A stretch of 64,000 bases of DNA from Octopus sinensis (lineage: Eukaryota), in NCBI RefSeq assembly GCF_006345805.1, contig NC_043001.1, positions 27,900,001 to 27,964,000 of the forward strand, in the 5' to 3' direction. Numbering within the stretch: position 1 is the stretch's first letter; each line of letters begins with the position of its first letter. The notes below the pieces were generated by a model, which did no database searches, was not told the DNA's origin, and saw only the letters and a list, made by a program, of their open reading frames with translations. A program made the position numbers and the translations under genes. This document shows positions 1 to 13,834 of the stretch, piece by piece.

Positions 1-1089
1 TGTATTTATATTCCTATTATGTGAATATGTATGTGTTTTGTTTTATTGTATTTGGATATGTATATGCTTCTATGTAGGTGGGAGTATTGTCTTGGTTTCA
101 CTACTGTTCATTTAGATTGAAAGCATTTCGAGATCGTTTGACCTTTTAACTCTATTTGAAAATAAATGTTGTTCAGTACTATTCGTAATCCCGGGGAAAA
201 TTGTGGTACCAGAAAATAGACTAGTTTACTTACAACCTCAACCCCACAATATACTCTGTACGATTCCCTTCGATGTCTATTAACCAATGACCGAAGTAAT
301 GCATTCACGTCAGGAATAGAAATAATAGATACAGTTTGGTTTTTATATTAAATTCATTGTTTAGCCATGTTTCGGAAAAAGACATTAACTACACGAACCC
401 TGCTTTGACCTCAAATGTTTGTGAAACACATAAAAGGAGTCGAATCACGGACCTTCACTAAAACAATTCACGCAACTGTGGGCTACACATCAGCTAATGG
501 TAATTAATTTCGTTCACGCTAGATTTTTGCCGAAATGCAAACACGTGGGTTGGCTACCGCTCAGCACACTAACTATGCCCATTCAGGCGCCCTCATGTCA
601 CAAAAAAAAAAAAAAAAAAAAAACCAAAAAAAAAAACGAAACAAAAAATAAAACCCTAAAACAATTTCAACCCGAATCATTCATAAATATTGATTATTAT
701 GTCAGCAGACACGAAAACGCGTTGATTCACTTTAGTTATATTTACACTGGATGTCAGCTAAAACAAACACACATACACACACACACACTCGCATAATACG
801 AACACATGTACTCAGAATGACATACTCACATAGGCATATAGTGCTATAATAGATTATGCTATTTGCTCTTTGTAGCAACACCACCCAGCCACTCCCCGGG
901 ACAGTTGAGAAAACTAACAAATGAACAGTTGAATGAACAAATAAACACAGTGCCCATTCTGTCTGATTGCCAGTCCGTCTGTTTATCTGCCTGTCTAATA
1001 ATGAATGTATGTGTGTACGTACGTATATATGTATGCATGTTTGTATCTATCTACTTACTTACCTACCTACATATATGTGTGTCAAATAA

Positions 1090-1630
<541 letters not shown>

Positions 1631-1828
1631 TATCTATCTGTCTGTCAATCTATGCCGGAGCTGCATACATATCAGGCAAGGAAGGTCTCTGTTAAGACCG
1701 CATGTACGTATGGATATAAAACAAATAGCAGACTAGTATTAGTAGTAGTAGTAGGAAGAGGAGAAGGAGGAGGAGGAGGAAGGGGGGAAAAGGAAGAATG
1801 AGAGAAAGAAGAAAAGTAGGATGAGATA

Positions 1829-1845
1829 GGGTGGGAGTGGGAGGG
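1829..1845 (+). other. Canonical G-quadruplex motif
   Basis: GGG-T-GGG-AGT-GGG-A-GGG inside a purine-rich tract. Confidence 0.5.
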
Positions 1846-2228
1846 AATGAGAAGGGAACAAAACGGTCGAAAGGTGGTCAGGTCATGGATGATAAAATAA
1901 CAATCAAAATTTCTATATATGTGAGTCTGATCGAATGTTGACTTTTATGATTTTTTTATGGTTCTGTGCACATGCGCACGTTTGTCTCTTTCTGTTATCT
2001 TTCTGACTCTTTCTGCCTTTCTCTTTTCCATGACCGCTTGTGTTCCTGTATAAATATACATAGATACATAGAATATATATATATGCACACGCACATACAT
2101 ACACATACATTTTATGTTATAAGTATGTGTTTCTATGGCTGTATATATACGTTATATATATATATATATTGTATATGTATGTATCTATGCATGTATGTAT
2201 GTATAACGTATACATAGAGAGAATGACA

Positions 2229-2267
<39 letters not shown>

Positions 2268-2416
2268 TATATTATATATATATATATATATAAGCATGCA
2301 CAAATAAGTTGCATATGTAGACAAGAACGAGGCAAAGAAATAATGAAACAGAAGGAAACCGAAAGAAACAACGAAAAGAAGGAAGATGGAAGGCATGTAA
2401 GTAAAACGAAGAAGGA

Positions 2417-2447
<31 letters not shown>

Positions 2448-2529
2448 GAAGGCTGGCACAAACGATATCAAATAGTTGGCAAACTGACGGTTAGATATAA
2501 TATAAATCTACAATATAATTCATGCGATC

Positions 2530-3055
2530 AGCCTACTGAATATACATACATACATACATACATACATACATACATACATACATACATGCATGCATGCATA
2601 CATACATACATACATACATACATACATACATACATGCATGCATGCATACATACATACATACATACATACATACATACATGCATGCATACATACATACATA
2701 TACATACATACATACATACATCATGCATGCATACATACATACATACATAACATACATACATACATACATATACATACATACATATACATACATGCATGCA
2801 TGCATACATACATACATACATACATACATACATACATACATACATACATACATGCATACATACATACATACATGCATGCATGCATACATACATACATACA
2901 TACATACATACATACATACATACATACATACATACATACATACATGCATACATACATACATACATACATACATACATACATACATGCATGCATGCATGCA
3001 TACATACATACATTCATATATACATACATACATACATACATGCATACGTGCATAC
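2530..3055. repeat. (CATA)n/(CATG)n microsatellite, ~520 bp
   Basis: Direct repeats; source of the 'MYVC' and 'HTYI' ORFs. Confidence 0.97.
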
Positions 3056-3440
3056 ATGCATATATACTCGCATATATTTCTCTCTGCCTCTATATTTTGA
3101 TATCTCTTGCATTTATGTATCTATGTGTATCGATAATCATTGAATAAACATACATAAAGTACATACATACACACATACGTATGTATGTACATACATATTC
3201 ATATGCTGTGTGTGCATACATGTGCGTGTGTCTGTAAATGTAATATGAGTGTATGTGTTTACACACATTCTGCTTGTCTTCATGACAGTAGATATTTTAT
3301 GCTCAAGAATACAAATATACCAATACGTACAGAATCATCATATACAGCCATGCTACCACATATAATCAAAGAGTTTGCTCCATAACTAGTCAGACTGACA
3401 AAAATACGCACATGTATATATATATATATATATACACATA

Positions 3441-4020
3441 CAGGGTGACCCCAAAGTTACTGACGGATTGCGGTTTTTAGTAGTTCTTTTATTTCTTTTC
3501 TTTTCAGGGATTTTATGGAAATTAAATATGGAAAAACATGGCTTCGCACAACGCACCCTAGTGGTGAAATTGTTCTATCAAACTCAGGGGTCAGTTATTC
3601 AAACACAGAGCATATCATTTGAACTTTCAAATGAGAGATGCCCTAAGTGAAAGTACAATTAGGAACTTAGTTCGACGTTTTGAAAAACAAGGAGGAGAAA
3701 GTCATCTCCCACGATCTGCGAGATCTCGCACTGTCAGATCTGATGGGGCAATGGAACGAGTACGAGAGGGTATTGAACAGAATCCGGGTACGTCGACTCG
3801 AAGACGGTCGAAACAGCATGGGATTGCACAAAGAGTTCTCTGCAGTCTTAAGCTTTTTCCATACAAGGTACAGTTGGTTCAACAGTTGAAATCCTATGAA
3901 CACAGGCTCCAATACGCTGTCAGAATCCAGGAATTGGTACGAAATTTTAGACAAAAACTGATTATGTCTGATGAAGCTCACTTTCATTTGAATGGGTTCG
4001 TCAACAGACAAAATTGCCGG
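3441..4020 (+). mobile_element. Tc1/mariner transposon 5' fragment; transposase pseudogene resembling DD41D/rosa-type, DUF4817-like N-terminus
   Basis: TA|CAGGGTG start; MEKHGFAQRTLVVKLFYQ from ATG 3528, then (frameshifted) STIRNLVRRFE...QNPGTSTRRRS...YKVQLVQQLK...SDEAHFHLNGFVNRQNCR, where it is truncated after the first catalytic Asp. Confidence 0.85.
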
Positions 4021-4745
4021 TAGGGAGCTTTAACCTTGCAAGAAGAATCTGCACACTTGTCTTAAACCCTGAAACTCGTAATAAAAAACTCCAGGAACTA
4101 AAACAAATACTACGTAAAAGACAATATCCATTAATGTTAGTAGACAACGGAATAGAACGTGCCAAAGCAATAAATATCCAAGAACTACGAAAAACTTAAA
4201 CGCTCCAGATACATCCGATACTCTACCGTTTATTACAACACAGAACCCAAGAAACAGGGAGGTTTACAATATTATCCACCAGAACATCCCACTACTCAAA
4301 CAAAACCTAAGGATGTAACAAGCATTCAAAATTCACAAAATAATCAAAAGTAAAAGACAATCAAAGTCCCTGAAAAAATTCCTCCCAAGTGCTAAATTAC
4401 CTTCCACAATTCCTACACCTACAGTAAAAAGTGTGATCGTCCCAATTGCGGACTTGCATCAACCTTATTGAAGACAACATACAAATTCAAATCAGGAGAA
4501 ATTTTTACCGTAAAAAAACTTTACATGTTCTTCAAGGAATTTAATATACGGTATCAATTGTCAAGGTTGTAATGAAGATTACATAGGTCAATCGAAGCTT
4601 ACTCTACGAAATAGACTGACCATTCACTGACAGCAAATACAAGACCACAGTACCAGACAGATTCCACTGAGTGAACACATAGACATATGTGCAGAAAATA
4701 ATTCAGGTCTTCCCACTCTCTGTTCAGGGAATACCACAGATGAAG
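4021..4745 (+). mobile_element. Penelope-like element fragment: RT C-terminus, linker and GIY-YIG endonuclease (degenerate)
   Basis: FNLARRICTLV...LQELKQILRKRQYP...DNGIERAKAI, then TCSSRNLIYGINCQGCNEDYIGQSKLTLRNRLTIH*, with frameshifts and stops. Confidence 0.85.
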
Positions 4746-4777
4746 CACGGTGGGGGGTTTTTGATTGTAATAATAGT

Positions 4778-5000
4778 AGGCAGAAACGTTAGCACGCCGG
4801 GCGAAATACTTAGCGATATTTCGTCTGCCGTTACGTTCTGAGTTCAAACTCCACCGTGGTCAACTTTGCCTTTCATCCTTTTGGGGTCGATTAAATAAAT
4901 ACCAGTTACGCACTGGGGTTGATATAATCGACTTAATCCCTTTGTCTGGCCTTGTTTGTCCCCTTTATGTTTAGCCCCTTCTGAGTAATAAAGAAATAAA
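4778..5000 (+). mobile_element. SINE family A (tRNA-like head, Nin/Deu-like core), tail type 1
   Basis: GGCAGAAACGTTAGCACGCCGGGCGAAAT, B-box-like GTTCTGAGTTCAAA, CTTTGCCTTTCATCCTTT.GGGGTCGAT, tail GTTTAGCCCC...TAATAAAGAAATA. Confidence 0.9.
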
Positions 5001-5154
5001 TAGTAGTTGTAGTAGTTGTAGTAGTAGTAGTGTCAGGAGCAACAGCAGTAGTAATATAGTAGTTATATTGGTAGTAGTAGAGTGGTAGTAGTTGTAGAAT
5101 TAGTAGTAGCAGCAGCAGTAGTAGTAGTAGTAGTAGGAGGAGGAGGAGGAGTAA

Positions 5155-5201
<47 letters not shown>

Positions 5202-5400
5202 GTAGTAGTAGTAGTATTAGCTACAACAGTATTAGTATTAGCAGTAGTGGTGTTGGTGGTTGAGATAATAGTTTTCGTAGTGAGGCTTGTAGTAGTGGCA
5301 GTGGTAGCGTCATCGCCATCATCGCCATCATCGTCATCACGATGATCATCCTTATCACCAACAGCAGCAACAGCAGCAACGGCAGTAGTCATTGCAGCAG
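5000..5400. repeat. Compound trinucleotide tract (TAG/GGA/TAT/CAT/CAG)
   Basis: Direct triplet repeats. Confidence 0.9.
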
Positions 5401-5842
5401 TGCATGCTGCTGTTCTTTAGGGGTGTAACAGAGTTTCGGGACTCGAATAGCGCCGTCTCCGATGGCATGTCCCGAAGGCGGAGACATTTGTTTAAACAAC
5501 ACCATAAATCACCCTTGCTATATAGCCTGTCATTTGAAACCAAAATGGCCATTAATCCAATGTTGTGCTCTCGCTTTCATTTTACGCATTGATGAATATA
5601 TATTTGTTTTTGCACCAGCTAATGGAATTTCAGTTATTGTTGCTGATGGTGGTGGTGGCAGTGGTGCTGGAGGTGGTAGTGGTGGGGTATGAGATATTAT
5701 TTTGTTGTTTACAGTATTTAGTTTACGGAGCGTCGTATGGGTTTCGGAGTTCAGATCCCGTCGGGAAAAGACATCGAGTGGCATGCATATAGATCTCTAC
5801 TGACACGACACGCATAAGCGAAAATAAAACTTATGCATTAGG

Positions 5843-6005
5843 CACGCGAGTGTGGATCTGTGGTAAGAAGTTAGGTTATCAACTACATGGCCCTGGGTTC
5901 AATTCAACCTTGAGGCACCTTCTGCAAATGTCTTTTACAGTAGCCTCGATGCGACCGAACACTTGTGAGTGGATTTAGTTGACGGAAACTGAAAGAAGCT
6001 TATCG
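5843..6005 (+). mobile_element. SINE family B (tRNA head plus CORE-like domain), degenerate
   Basis: GTGGTAAGAAGTT...GGCACCTT..GCAAATGTCTT...AGCCTCG...GTGAGTGGATTT. Confidence 0.8.
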
Positions 6006-6007
6006 TA

Positions 6008-6093
<86 letters not shown>

Positions 6094-6110
6094 ATATATA
6101 TATATATATA

Positions 6111-6503
6111 GGAGTAGGAGTGGCTGTTGGTAAGTAGCTTGCTTACAACCACATAGTTCCGGGTTCAGTCCCACTGCGGGCACCTTGGGCAAGTGTCTTC
6201 TACTATAGCCTCGGGCCGACCAAGCCTTGTGAGTGGATTTGGTAGATGGAAGCTGTAAGAGGCCCATCGTATATATGCATATATGTGTATGTTTTGTGTG
6301 TCTGTGTTTGTCCCTCCAACATCGCTTGACAACCGATGCTGGTGTGTTTACGTCCCCATAACATAGCGGTTCGGCATAAGAGACCGATAGAATAAGTACT
6401 AGGCTTACAAAGACTAAGTCCTAGGGCAATTTGCTCGACTAAAGGCGGTGTTCGGGCATGGCCATTGTCAAATGATTGAAACAAGTAAAAGAGTAAAAGA
6501 GTA
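6111..6503 (+). mobile_element. SINE family B, full composite copy with LINE-derived tail
   Basis: GGAGTGGCTG..GGTAAGTAGCTTGCTT...GGCACCTTGGGCAAGTGTCTTCTACTATAGCC (MIR/CORE-like), ending TGAAACAAGTAAAAGAGTAAAAGAGTA. Confidence 0.9.
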
Positions 6504-6574
6504 TATATATATGTATATATATATATATGTGTATATATAGGGAGAGAGAGAGAGAGAAAGAGAGAGATAGAGAG

Positions 6575-6835
6575 ATCAAAACAGTTTGATTCAGATACCT
6601 TGGCACTCTGAGTTTCAAGCGTGTCGCTAGTCTCCAGACGTTGGGGTCCGAATGAGAGTTCGATTGAAGTGAGTCAGTGTTTATTACTGGACGTTAGCCT
6701 ACTATTTGTCGAGAAAGGCCACGCAGTATAGCGGTTTGGTGTTGGTATTTCAGTGAGAACTGTTCTGATCTATATTTGTAACTCCCAATAAATGCGTTGA
6801 GTGCCATCTTTCGTTTGTCTACTAATTCATGTACA
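6575..6835 (+). mobile_element. Possible solo-LTR-like or pseudo-LTR repeat remnant
   Basis: Non-microsatellite block with AATAAA near its 3' end; no second copy in the window. Confidence 0.25.
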
Positions 6836-8016
6836 TACATACAGACACACACGCATATATATAGTATATATATATATATATTATATATATATAATATATA
6901 TTATAATATATATATATATATATAATATATATATATATAATATATATATATAGGTCAAGCAATAGGTTAGCTAATAGGTTAAATAGTCAACCAATTGACA
7001 TAAATAATAAAGAAGTGAAATAGAACCATTGTGGTGCTTATTATTGACATAATGACCCTCCCGAGATGCAACAAAATGTTTCAATACATCAAGGCTCTTG
7101 TAAATCAAATACAAAAACGAAAAATACATAACAAAGAAATACAATAAGCATGCACAGTAGTCCATGCATAAAACGTGTTGAAAGAAAAAATCCAAACAGA
7201 ATTGTTATACTTTTTTAGAGACATACATATTAGATGATATATGCAGAGTATCATAATGTAGTTGTGTGGCATGCGCGGGCCGTACATGGCGACCACTTAT
7301 ATATATATATTATATATATATATAATATATATATATATATAAAGACATATATAAATATACATATACACACACATATACACACATACATATGTATACATAC
7401 ATATACATCGTTCAACCACGGTAGTGGCTGAAAGTATTCTTAAGTCCACCATTTCGCTAATCGCAGCAGCTTCCAAGCTTCACCATTAATTCAGTTCTGA
7501 ACTAAATTGCAAACTGTTAACACGTTTTTAAGAGGATACCTCCCCAGCTACACTTTGGCATAAATAGTTTGAGATTTGGTTTAGTAGAAAAAGTTATATC
7601 AAAGTTTGTGAGGCCTAAATGGGAGCTGTAAGGCAGGTGTTCATTTCCAAGTAACGTAAATTTTTATAATTTTAAAATAAAGGCATATTTTTCTTAGGCT
7701 TAAATGATAGAAAAATGCATGAGGATTTCAGAATCGTTAGTCGTATTCAACAAAAATTTGTAGAAAAAGTTTTATGAGGTTAAATGTCATGAAATGTAAA
7801 ATAAGTCAGCAAGAAAGTAAGGGACTCACGCTCCAAACAAAGAAATTGTCGTATTTGAATTAATCTGTTGTTATAATTGCTCTTATTCTTCACTTCTCAT
7901 TCTCTCTCTCTCTTTTTACTAGGTTATTTTTGTTTTGAATTATTCTTTAATATTAGAATTACTTTTTAAATTCATTTTGATGATATAGTTCTAAAATGAA
8001 TGTTAACATTCTAAGT

Positions 8017-8345
8017 GGGTGAGCTGGCAGAAACGTCAACGCGCCGGGCAAAATGCTTACCAGTATTTTGTCTATCTTTACGTTCTGAATTCAAATTCCG
8101 CCGAGGTCAACTTTGCCTTTCGTATATTTAATTCTTTTAATTAAGTATTTAATAAAGTTATTTTTAATAGGCTGTTAAATTAGGATAAGTTTAACTTTTA
8201 TTACTAATTAAAAATATATTTCTAAAATGAATGCTTACCTTGTAAGAACGCAAGCTGGCAGAAATGGTATCTCGCCACCCGAAATGCTTATCGGTATTTT
8301 GTCTTTCCTTCCGTTCTGAGTTCAAATTCTGCCGCGGTCGACTGT
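8017..8345 (+). mobile_element. Two truncated SINE A heads (8017-8125, 8250-8345) in a local tandem duplication
   Basis: GAGCTGGCAGAAACG...GTTCTGAATTCAAATTCCGCCGAGGTC twice, each with similar AT-rich flanks. Confidence 0.8.
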
Positions 8346-9140
8346 TTTATTTTTTAGTTAAATATTTAATCAAATTATTTTTAATATGCTGTTGAATTAG
8401 GGTAAGTTTAACTTTTATTACTAATTTTCTCTTTCAGCTTTAATGAACTTACTTTCTGTTTTTTAAAATTTTATTTTTAGTTGATTTCCTTTTCTTTTTA
8501 ATTAATTATTTAATCAGGCTAGTTCATTAATATGTTATATGCTTCAGCTACATACATCTAAATTTATTGGGGCAGGTATATAATCATTTTTGGCTGTGTC
8601 TCTATGGGTAGACCTGAAGGCATGTAGTCAGGCTGTACAGAAAAGGCATTGGTTAAAAGTGTTTATATTCAAAATCTACTTTTTAAATTTCAAAATTAAT
8701 TAAAAGGGATTTGTCATAAATCAAATTTATATTAATGGGATGTAGGTAATTTTAACTTATGTATATCTGATATGCTTTTATAATTACTGTTGTATTGAAT
8801 AATTATTGATAGATCTAGATTAGCAGCAGCCAGTGCTATTATCACCAACTCAAAATCTAGGTTACTTAAGGTGAACCTGGTAAATGATGGTTTTGGGGTC
8901 TTGTTGTTTGTAACTTTTGGTAAAAATCTCTGCCGTTAATTTGGTATGGATGGGTAATATCAAATAATTCAATCACAACATATATTTAAATTAAACATGA
9001 AAAAATTGAAATATTATCATCACTTACATGGAAAAATTGAAATATTATCTTTTCGTATTTTATAAGGTAAAATCTTAAATTATTAATTGATACATTAATT
9101 ATCTTATAATAGCAATGCCTGGAAAAATCATGGACTACAT

Positions 9141-9571
9141 GGAAAAATGTGAGCATGATAAGTAATATTCTTAAGATTATAAACCTATTAAAGTAAAGAA
9201 TAAGACATTTTTTACTTAAAATATTGCAGCTAAAATTAAAATTTGAATATTAAAAAATATTTTATTATAGTTTATAAATAACACTATACTTATTTAAGTA
9301 GAATATGGGTAATTCACAGAAAAAAGTGACTAATTAGACAAACTTACAAATTAGCTGAACAGTTTTGTACAATAAATTTAAAAGATGGGAACTGTAGAGA
9401 GTGATAAATTAGAACTGGCATTCTTTGCTGCAATATTTCAAATAGAAAGTTTCTTATTCTTTACAAGAAGTAATAGCTTGTCCCAAACTTTTCCGGGTGT
9501 AATAATTTGTCCTGTACTTTTCCAGAGGTTTATAATCTTAAGCATATTACTTTTCATGGTCGCATTTTTCC
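9141..9571. repeat. Diverged inverted repeat (9141-9230 vs 9427-9571), probable MITE/foldback remnant
   Basis: GGAAAAATGTGAGCATGATAAGTAATATTCTTAAGATTATAAACCT and GTAAAGAATAAGA...AATATTGCAGC recur on the minus strand. Confidence 0.65.
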
Positions 9572-9647
9572 GTGTAATATATCTATATATATTTATGTAT
9601 ATATATATACATATATGTATGTGGATACGAGTGGTGTGTGTATATAT

Positions 9648-9698
<51 letters not shown>

Positions 9699-9829
9699 GA
9701 CTTATATGTATGTATATTTATGTTTATATATTTGTATGTATGTGCGTTTATAGTGTATGTGTGTGTGTGAAACATATGTATTCAAATACGTACCTAATTT
9801 TGCAGAGGTGGAAGCATAATCGAGTGCTT

Positions 9830-10110
9830 GTTCATAATGATGACGACGATGAGGACGATGACGAAGATGTCACTGTAGCTGATAGTGATGATGATGATGG
9901 TGATGGTGATGATGACGATGATGATGATGATGAAGTTGGTGATGAAGAAGATGGAACGACGAAGACAATCATGGCGTGGACATATCCGAAAATAATGGCT
10001 GCAAGGATGGCGATGATGATGATGAGGATGATGATGGCGACGATGATGATGACTATGATGGGGATGCAAATGATGATGGTTATGCTGATAATGACGCTGC
10101 TGATAATAAC
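9830..10110. repeat. (GAT)n-rich degenerate trinucleotide tract
   Basis: Direct repeats. Confidence 0.9.
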
Positions 10111-10512
10111 ATTCACGTTCTTGGAATATTCTGAATCTCACTTTTACTGTGTTTAGTCCTGCACATGGTTTAAAATTAAGGTGTAAGCCATCCAAATTGT
10201 GCCAAACTTGGTGACTGTTCTATGAGCTGCCAAAGATTATTTAAGCACAATGCGTTTATATATAAATATATTTGTAACTTCTTATACATAGATTTATATA
10301 TACTTGTATATATATATAATATATATATATCTATACATATATATACATATATAACATATATATATGTATATGTATATATATATATACATATATATATATA
10401 CAGACATATGTATATTTATTAAATGTACATGAATATATGTACACATACACAAACATTGAGAAAAGAAATTGTGCATATGTGATTATGTAGTAAAAATAAA
10501 CATGCTCACTGT

Positions 10513-10564
<52 letters not shown>

Positions 10565-10750
10565 AACATATGTAGATACATACACACGTACATACATAAT
10601 TATATATGCATACATCCCACGCCGTATATATATATTCATACATGCATACATAGGTATAAAGAGACACACAAACGAATATATATATATAACGCATAGTGAC
10701 ATAGTGACAAGTACACACATTTACACTTACAATACATTAATAACAATCAT

Positions 10751-11630
10751 TGTCACGCGGCTCTGTCTTTCTCTTAACTGTATTTGTAACATCCACAGAG
10801 CTCTAGAACACGCAGCCGCTCAAGAGCGCCGAAGAACTGCCTACCGATAGCAGACATGCGTGGGAAATTAATAGTTAACTAAATGGCAAGTATCTGTGAA
10901 ATACATACTCACTCTTAAACTATAAATATGTTCGTTCTTTGAAAAACTGGAATATTTTACGTCGAGTACAATGAACGACCAATTTATTTTGCCTATAAGA
11001 ATCAAGCATTAATACACGCTTTGATCCCAGTAAGTTGATTCAACCGAACAATATATACGATAGGAATCTAGTCCACTAGAAAATCTCTGTTCGAGATAGA
11101 AGCAGTATACGAACCAAAAACCGCTTTGATATGGCTGTCCTCTAAGAGATGACCAAGGCGCATGGGTCAGTGGTTTGAGCGCCGGGCTCACAATCATGAA
11201 GTAGTGAGTTGGATTCCTGAACCGGGCTGTGTGTTGTGTTCTAGGAGCTAGACACATTATTTCATGTCGATTAACTTAACTCAGCTGTAAAAATGAGTTG
11301 CGACTTCAACGGTGCCAAGCTGTATCGGCCTTTGCCTTTGCCTTGGATAACATCGTTGGTACAGAGAGGTCGTCCATAAACAACCTTGCACAGACTTGAG
11401 TCTCGGAGGAGAGCTTTCCAGGTGCAGTCCCATGGTCATTCATGACCGAAGGGGATCTTTATCCTTTACCCTCTAAGAGACGACGATACTGTGTTGTGTG
11501 GCCTCCAGATGATGACTTAGGCTAGCCCAATACGTAGATATAGAGGGAAAAGTCTAGACGTCGGAGTTGAGTAGAGGTCCTCCGAATTTGCGATATAACC
11601 GTGGCGACGAGGATTTCGTAGCTCACACAA
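10751..11630 (+). mobile_element. Possible LTR-retrotransposon LTR remnant with PBS-like TGGCGACGAGG, interrupted by a SINE
   Basis: Starts TGTCACG; TGGCGACGAGGAT at 11602 resembles the start of Gypsy internal regions; no canonical CA immediately upstream. Confidence 0.35.
11150..11470 (+). mobile_element. SINE family D (tRNA head, Meta-like domain) with 10-bp TSD
   Basis: CTCTAAGAGA at 11140-11149 and 11471-11480; homologous to 12289-12626. Confidence 0.85.
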
Positions 11631-12200
11631 CCACTGTATAGTATTGCGATATAACATACTGCCATTTAGTATTAGGAATACTTCTCTAGCTGATTTATTC
11701 TGTACACTTGTCACACACGATATATATTACAAGCGGGAGGTAACTCCTTATCTGCGTTAAGGTTTCTATTATATATGGCAAGAATTTCGCCGCTTATATT
11801 CTTAGTAATGGCATGCGCATCACCCCATCCTTTCGTTGGTCATATAAATTTCAGACCTTCTGATTTGCCAAAGGAAATCAACATTTAGAACTGACATTTG
11901 TCGAACGATTTGCTGAACATCAATCGATATAAAGTTCGGTTGTCACAGACATACGTTTCTTTGAATTCTCTTTCTCCCTATTTCTCTTCCTGTCTGTCTG
12001 TACCTCTCTCTCTTCTCTCTCACACACACACCACACACACTCACACACACACACACACAGACACACACACATACACTGTATGCGTGTGCATGTGCGTGTG
12101 TGTGTCTCCTCATAATATTTATTTCCTGGTCATTGATTTACAATCATATATACATACCTAAATACATACATGTGCGTGTATATTCTATCGTTACATATAA

Positions 12201-12285
<85 letters not shown>

Positions 12286-12288
12286 GCG

Positions 12289-12626
12289 TAGTCAAGGTGC
12301 ATGGCTCATTGGTTGAGCGTCGAGCTTACGATCGAGAGGTTTGTGACCTCGAATCCCTGACCGTGCTGCGTGTTGTGTTTGGGCAAGAGACTTTATTTCA
12401 CGTGCTCCAGTTAACTCAGCTGTAGAATTGAGTTGCGACGTCACAGCTGACAAGCTGTATAGGCCTTTGCCTTTCCCTTGGATAACACTGGTGGCGTGGA
12501 GAGGGGAGTTCGGTATGCATGGGCGACTGCTGGTCTTCCATAAAAAACAACCTTGCCCGGACTTATGCCTGGGAGGGTTAATTTCTAGGTGCAACCCCAT
12601 GGACAGTGTCGTGACCGAAGGGGGTC
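12289..12626 (+). mobile_element. SINE family D
   Basis: GGTGCATGGCTCATTGGTTGAGCGTCG...TGGGCAAGAGACTTTATTTCACGTGCTCCAGTTAACTCAGCTGTA...GACCGAAGGGGGTCT. Confidence 0.85.
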
Positions 12627-13117
12627 TCAGATATAAATGCATACGTACATACATTTTATATATATGTGAACACACGCACGCATGCACATACTCGCATGCG
12701 CGCGCATTACACACGCACACACACACACGAATTTATGTATACACACATATGCATGCAGATATTCACCCAAACGCACAAACGAGTTATTCTCTCAAGATCA
12801 AAACATGTGTTCAACAACAAGAAGAACAATGAAAACAACAACATGTAAGTACAACAAGTAATAAACAAAAATAAACACCCTAACCTTTTTTTTTCTCTTA
12901 TATTAAAAAAAATTGCGCATCTCCCTTTTATTTTGCCTCTGCTTTTAAGGGGTTTTATACGTTGTAGTCTCTTGATACAGCTAAACAATGGGAAAACAAA
13001 ACAATGGGATACAATTGAGTACAATCAAATTTAATGAAGACTTGAACAAACAAATTCTCAAACAGTACAACAATATTCTAGACAAGAATTGTGGTGATGA
13101 AACAATGATAAATATCT

Positions 13118-13161
<44 letters not shown>

Positions 13162-13199
13162 GTATGTGTAATATGTGACAATATTCGGTTAGCCATGAT

Positions 13200-13254
13200 A
13201 AAACTCCGAGTTTCGGATGCCGGGGTGGAAATCCACGCCGCCATCTCTTCATTC
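13200..13254 (-). ncRNA. Degenerate type I hammerhead-like motif in a PLE-type repeat
   Basis: Minus: AUGAAGA-GAUG...CAUC-C-GAAA-CUCGGAG-UU; C3 lost, helix I weak. Confidence 0.4.
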
Positions 13255-13287
13255 TGGAGAATGAGAGAAAGAGCAAAAGATAAAAGC

Positions 13288-13352
<65 letters not shown>

Positions 13353-13834
13353 CTTCATGAGCATTAGCATAAAGATAAATGTAGCATGAAGTGTTATTTA
13401 AGTGTGGTGGATAGGAAGCGTCATTAGCGCTTCGGATAAAAATACCTTGCGATATTTCATTGGTATTTCTTATACTAGCGAGATCGGTAGAATGGAAGGT
13501 AATGTTAATCTTGATGTGATCTGAACTCAGAACTTAGAGTAACATTACAAGTACGTGCGGCGTTTTATCTGAAGTTCTAACGATTCTGTCAATCCAGTGC
13601 CCTAAGGAATTATTTAATAAATATAATCCCCCTGGATAGAGTCCATGTATATTGTTGAGATTCATATTATTCAGTCTTGTGTGATCTGGAGGAAAGATTT
13701 GCGTCAGGGTATGGAAATGATGAAATAACATTAAACAAATATTCCACGAAGAAAATGACAAAAACATATAAATAAATATATAAGCAAACAAACATACAAG
13801 TATAATGTTATGCTTAGGGAAAAAAGGAGTAGAT

